From: Vitrella brassicaformis CCMP3155
Lineage: Eukaryota; Protista; Chromerida
Assembly: GCA_001179505.1 (NCBI GenBank)
Contig: CDMY01000890.1
Coordinates: 1-12,777, forward strand
Reading direction: 5' to 3'
DNA length: 12,777 nt
The notes under the pieces were generated by a model. That model was given only the letters and a program-made list of their open reading frames with translations, did no database searches and was not told the origin of the DNA. This document shows, in pieces, positions 8,331-12,777 of the stretch. The stretch's first letter is position 1. Each line of letters starts with the position of its first letter. A program made the translations under genes and the position numbers.

Positions 8331-8657
8331 TATGTGTGTGACACAGGTGGATGGATGGCTGGGTGGCTGTCGTCGTTTGTCGGTCTGTCTTTTTGTCACC
8401 GCACCGCATTCCCTCGCCAGTCAGTCAGTCAGTCCCCTGCTGCTCTGACCTTGCCGCTCCTCAGGAGTAGCGGGGGATCGATGGGCAGCGGTGGACGGGC
8501 CGGGCGGGGCAATGCAATGCAATCAATGCATTGCATGTTGTGTTTGGGTTGATGCCCCCACACCCGTCGTACTACAGCCAGTCAGTCAGCCCATTACTGC
8601 TTTTGCCTTCCTCTGGCCGCTTCCTTGGCGAGCTGAGGAGACGGGCAGGAGTGGACA

Positions 8658-9747
8658 CAAATACAATCGGTCGGATGGAGGGAGGGTTGGGTGCCGTGTG
8701 TGGGTGGTGTCTGTCGTGGGGTTCATTTTGTCGTCGTCGGTCTATCGGTTCGTTTCTCCGTCTTTTGTTTTCCATTGACTGGGGGGGCAGGGGAAGTCAG
8801 TCAGCGTGTCGGTGTTTCTTTGACCTTTTGTCGACTGTGTGTATGTGTGTTGGGGGGGACTCAGGGGATGGCTGGCGACTTCGTACTGACCCGTCTTCTT
8901 TTTGTGCGTGGGATGTCAAGGCGAGCATCACCACGTGTGACAGCCAGCCCATCGACCACCCAATTAGGTACTCAGTCAGTCTGTTTGTCTGTCTGTCTTG
9001 CCCTCACCTCGCCCCGCACACCCACACATAGCCAAGCCCTCTGATTGATACATAGCCAGGCCAAGCCAAGTTGAGCTGTTTTTGTGTGCATGCCGTCTGT
9101 GTGTGGGTGTGTGCCAAGCACCCACCCTCCCACACTACTCGCTCTCAGACAGAATCAAGGGGGCGGTGTAGTCTTATCTACTGCTGCGTCCGCTTTGGCT
9201 CTCTGTCGGTGTCTGTCTGTCTGTGGCAGGGTGGCTGTGTGTGAGTGACGTGTGCGCGCAATGATGGCGGTTTGCGAGAGCGAGGCGGATGATATGCATA
9301 CGGGTCTGTCTGATGGCCGGTGTACATTACCACACACACTGATATCTTAGATGGGATCCCTCACAGCCATGGGAGGGTGGGGCTGTGGATGCGATGTGTG
9401 CGGCTCAGCGTGCTTGATGGAGTGAACTGGTCAACATGAATCGATGGACGGATGGCAGACTGATCAGACAAAGGAAATTGCGACCAGCTCACAAATCCGC
9501 GAGCTTAAAGTCTTAGTGGCTGGCGATCTCCTGTTCTTTTTGGCGACTGCAGGGCTGCGCGGAGTGGCTGTGTGGTGCACCAAATGCCGCCGAGATGATG
9601 TCGATCAGCAGGCGAGTCGTCATCTGCGGGCTGGCGGCGCTGATCTGACCTCATCTGACAAAGTGAGACTGTGAGAGGGACAGAAAAGGCATTAGCGACG
9701 GCACTGCATGTGTTCTCTGTGTGTGGCTGTGCCGTGGACTGTAGGTG
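8658..9747 (+). repeat. Right arm of the inverted duplication; upstream/leader region of the 9893 gene
   Basis: Reverse complement of 137-1131 with an extra ~140 bp at ~8935-9075. Contains a GT-AG intron-like unit at 9663-9744 that is conserved in the left arm (139-221). Confidence 0.95.
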
Positions 9748-9748
9748 C

Positions 9749-10591
9749 TGACGGTCGCTGCCTGCCGGCTCAAGCTGTGCGTTGAATCCAGCAGCCGTGG
9801 CAGGTTGATTGCCTCTTCCTCACGCTGAGTGAGAGCGGCGTCTGTCCATCAACGGTCAGACCAGCCATAGCAGTCCGGGTGTGAGGGAGATCATGCCGTC
9901 GTATTGGTACTGGCGGCATGTGGCTGAGGATGGCGTCTGGCGCTGGCGGTCCGTCAGACACGAGGTCAGCTGAATGGATGATGACAGCACTCGAGAGGCG
10001 GCTCCCTTGATGCAGCCGCCGCAACAAACGTTTCTTTCTCTGCTTGGTCTGTGTGCAGGTGAGGATTGCTGTGGTTCCGGTTCCTCAGGAGGGCTGGTCC
10101 TACCGACTCACTTGCGGACAGCCACCCACAAAACACGACAAACAGGTCGGTGGGAGGGAGGGTGGCAGAGACAACACACCTGGCTGCATTTCTCTCGTCC
10201 ATCCCCTCTGTGTGTGTGTGTGCCGTCAGCCATGGCATCGTCTGTCCCGCGATGAACTCATGTGCATCTTCGGCTACCTGTACCCATGGGAGCTCGAGCG
10301 GCTGGACACCTCGCTGGGCGCCCCGCTGTTTCTCCTCGCCCCCGCCCACTACTCACACCTCTCCATCGATGCATCCGATGACGAGGCCGCTCGCATCTGG
10401 ACGGCCATGCGTCACCGCAACCAAGCAGGGCGACCTCCCCTGTCTGAGAGGGAGAGAGGGCGGCCTTTATCGCCGCTCTCCTCCATGTGCACTGGCTCGG
10501 GGGCAGCGGGCGTGTGGCTGGCCGTCGTGGTGGGGTGCGTCGGTATTCTTTATGTGTGTGTGTGTGTTGTGTGTCTGGATGGATGGATGGA
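9749..10591 (+). repeat. Copy 1 of the near-identical tandem duplication flanking the gap
   Basis: Matches 10912-11754 (offset 1162-1163). From 9762 onward I see only a 1-nt indel before the ATG (gatcATG vs gatcaATG) and a synonymous GTC/GTG; 9749-9761 differs slightly. Confidence 0.95.
9893..10534 (+). CDS. 5' part of a lineage-expanded family gene with an F-box-like motif; truncated or incomplete
   Basis: join(9893..9964, 10059..10145, 10230..>10534), with phase-0 GT-AG introns of 94 and 84 nt: MPSYWYWRHVAEDGVWRWRSVRHE|VRIAVVPVPQEGWSYRLTCGQPPTKHDKQ|PWHRLSRDELMCIFGYLYPWELERLDTSLGAPLFLLAPAHYSHLSIDASDDEAARIWTAM..VWLAVVVG. It then runs into repeat B and the gap. Confidence 0.7.
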
Positions 10592-10891
10592 NNNNNNNNN
10601 NNNNNNNNNNNNNNNNNNNNNNNNNNNNNNNNNNNNNNNNNNNNNNNNNNNNNNNNNNNNNNNNNNNNNNNNNNNNNNNNNNNNNNNNNNNNNNNNNNNN
10701 NNNNNNNNNNNNNNNNNNNNNNNNNNNNNNNNNNNNNNNNNNNNNNNNNNNNNNNNNNNNNNNNNNNNNNNNNNNNNNNNNNNNNNNNNNNNNNNNNNNN
10801 NNNNNNNNNNNNNNNNNNNNNNNNNNNNNNNNNNNNNNNNNNNNNNNNNNNNNNNNNNNNNNNNNNNNNNNNNNNNNNNNNNNNNNNNNNN
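10592..10891. other. Assembly gap, exactly 300 N
   Basis: N run begins inside a (GGAT)n tract; the round length suggests a placeholder size. Confidence 1.
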
Positions 10892-11055
10892 TGGGTTGCG
10901 GGTGCCTGCTGTGACGGTCACTGCTGCCGGCTCAAGCTGTGCGTTGAATCCAGCAGCCGTGGCAGGTTGATTGCCTCTTCCTCACGCTGAGTGAGAGCGG
11001 CGTCTGTCCATCAACGGTCAGACCAGCCATAGCAGTCCGGGTGTGAGGGAGATCA

Positions 11056-11697
11056 ATGCCGTCGTATTGGTACTGGCGGCATGTGGCTGAGGATGGCGTG
11101 TGGCGCTGGCGGTCCGTCAGACACGAGGTCAGCTGAATGGATGATGACAGCACTCGAGAGGCGGCTCCCTTGATGCAGCCGCCGCAACAAACGTTTCTTT
11201 CTCTGCTTGGTCTGTGTGCAGGTGAGGATTGCTGTGGTTCCGGTTCCTCAGGAGGGCTGGTCCTACCGACTCACTTGCGGACAGCCACCCACAAAACACG
11301 ACAAACAGGTCGGTGGGAGGGAGGGTGGCAGAGACAACACACCTGGCTGCATTTCTCTCGTCCATCCCCTCTGTGTGTGTGTGTGCCGTCAGCCATGGCA
11401 TCGTCTGTCCCGCGATGAACTCATGTGCATCTTCGGCTACCTGTACCCATGGGAGCTCGAGCGGCTGGACACCTCGCTGGGCGCCCCGCTGTTTCTCCTC
11501 GCCCCCGCCCACTACTCACACCTCTCCATCGATGCATCCGATGACGAGGCCGCTCGCATCTGGACGGCCATGCGTCACCGCAACCAAGCAGGGCGACCTC
11601 CCCTGTCTGAGAGGGAGAGAGGGCGGCCTTTATCGCCGCTCTCCTCCATGTGCACTGGCTCGGGGGCAGCGGGCGTGTGGCTGGCCGTCGTGGTGGG
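11056..11697 (+). pseudogene. Second copy of the 9893 gene 5' part, with no downstream exons before repeat B
   Basis: join(11056..11127, 11222..11308, 11393..>11697), same protein as copy 1. It is followed by ~750 bp of repeat B with no recognisable family exon. Confidence 0.7.
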
Positions 11698-12455
11698 GTG
11701 CGTCGGTATTCTTTATGTGTGTGTGTGTGTTGTGTGTCTGGATGGATGGATGGATGGTCAGTGTACTGGCTGTTTCTCACTGGTGTGTGTAGTTCGCTGG
11801 ATGGCTTTCCTTCGCAAAGGTCACAGGTAGGGAGATTGACGCGGCATTGGTTGCTGTAGATTCCGTGAGCACAGGCAGGCAGGCAGGAGAGAGAGAGAGA
11901 GGTGTGCACTAGTTCACGGGCAAGTCTGTCTGCCCGTCTGCCCTCTCGTCTGTCTGCCTGGTGTGTGTGAGGCAGCTTGCTGTGCTGAACCGCACACAAC
12001 GTGTCGTCTTTCTGTGGTCGACGGAGGGCGAATTGACGGATGGATGGATGGATGGTAGGTGGCTAGTTTCCCTTCGCAAAGGTCACAGGTAGATTGACTG
12101 ACTGACAGACAGGTATGCGGCAAGTAGTGTGCGGCATTTTATGTGTCTTGCCTGTCTGCTTGGGCGAGTGCATTTGTTCTGGTTGCTGCTTCACGTGGGC
12201 ACAGGCAGACAGACAGGTCAGAGGCACCAATCAATGAAGTCAACCACACAGACGTACATCCATTTCATGTGTGTCTGTCACGTGTGTCGGTCGATAGGGG
12301 CAGTGTAGGGAGGCCGGCAGCCAGACAGACAGACAGACAGACAGGAAGGGGGAGAGAGGGACACATCCAACAGGCAGCTGCAACTGGAGAGAGAGAGATA
12401 GAGGTGACTTGCTGCCTGTGCGGACAAACAGTGGCAGTGTCATTACATGGTGATG
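11697..12455 (+). repeat. Repeat family B with internal tandem duplication (diverged partial unit ~11697-12035, then ~12036-12455)
   Basis: ggatggatgg..ccttcgcaaaggtcacaggtag occurs twice (11809-11830 and 12071-12092), and gcacaggcag and aacc.cacaca are also repeated. The second unit is colinear with ~3040-3517. Confidence 0.88.
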
Positions 12456-12484
12456 GCTGGGCGGCAACGGAGCCGCTGGTCTGT

Positions 12485-12775
12485 TCAACACCGATAGATT
12501 ATCCACATAAAGCCACACAAAGGCCCTGACAGCCCATCGTCACCACCAAAGTCAATTGAGATCTCCGCCCCCTCAGTGCATTTTGTTGAAGTTGTTGTGT
12601 GGATAGCAGAGTCCCACAGAGCACGAGCGTTGATAAAATAGCGGCAGAGAGGTCCAACATACACAAGCAGGCAAGCAAACACGAAGGCGAACACGAAAAG
12701 GCACGTGGCCTTGGCGAACTGGGCTATCGGCGACCCACGATGACATGCAGGCTGGCTGGGCTTATCGGCGACCCA
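12485..12775 (-). CDS. Possible 3' coding fragment, open to the window edge, with a hydrophobic stretch
   Basis: Stop-free frame from 12775 to TGA at 12485 (..QFAKATCLFVFAFVFACLLVYVGPLCRYFINARALWDS..), in microsatellite-free sequence. No family recognised. Confidence 0.25.
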   Translation of the reverse strand, partial: WVADKPSQPACHRGSPIAQFAKATCLFVFAFVFACLLVYVGPLCRYFINARALWDSAIHTTTSTKCTEGAEISIDFGGDDGLSGPLCGFMWIIYRC

Positions 12776-12777
12776 CT

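Noticed and set aside
137-9747. Autonomous long-TIR element (Polinton or MULE)
   Set aside because: No integrase, polymerase or transposase motif inside, and homology appears to continue into host-type genes outside the arms.
10044-10990. ORFs of 308, 282, 167 and 123 aa
   Set aside because: Their length comes from reading through the N gap.
12719-12777. CRISPR-like repeat-spacer
   Set aside because: Only two imperfect ~20-bp units with an ~18-nt spacer, eukaryotic context, and no cas genes.

Overview
Eukaryotic, intron-rich and microsatellite-rich DNA: mostly 65-117 nt GT-AG introns packed with (GT)n, (CAGA)n and (GGAT)n, and GC-rich exons. The style and the protein families resemble the chromerid alveolate Vitrella brassicaformis; this is recognition from memory, not a database result. 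The window is a mosaic of gene relics from lineage-expanded families, and I find no clearly intact gene. (1) A minus-strand 3' relic with stops and frameshifts (1378-~2600). (2) A 7-exon minus-strand gene with polyQ tracts and an acidic tail, carrying two nonsense codons and one 1-nt frameshift (4261-6110). (3) A plus-strand 5-exon fragment whose frame stays open only if a 15-nt GT..AG is spliced (6841-7518). (4) The 5' part of an F-box-like gene, present twice almost identically either side of a 300-N gap (9893-10534 and 11056-11697). Three repeat systems overlay these: an ~1 kb inverted duplication of the upstream/leader region (137-1131 vs 8658-9747), a ~250-bp block in three copies, and a ~550-bp repeat family ('B') whose copies sit where gene relics break off. 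I saw no rRNA, tRNA, CRISPR array, transposase or reverse transcriptase. Most ORFs in the six-frame track are microsatellite or antisense artefacts. Identity values are estimates by eye.
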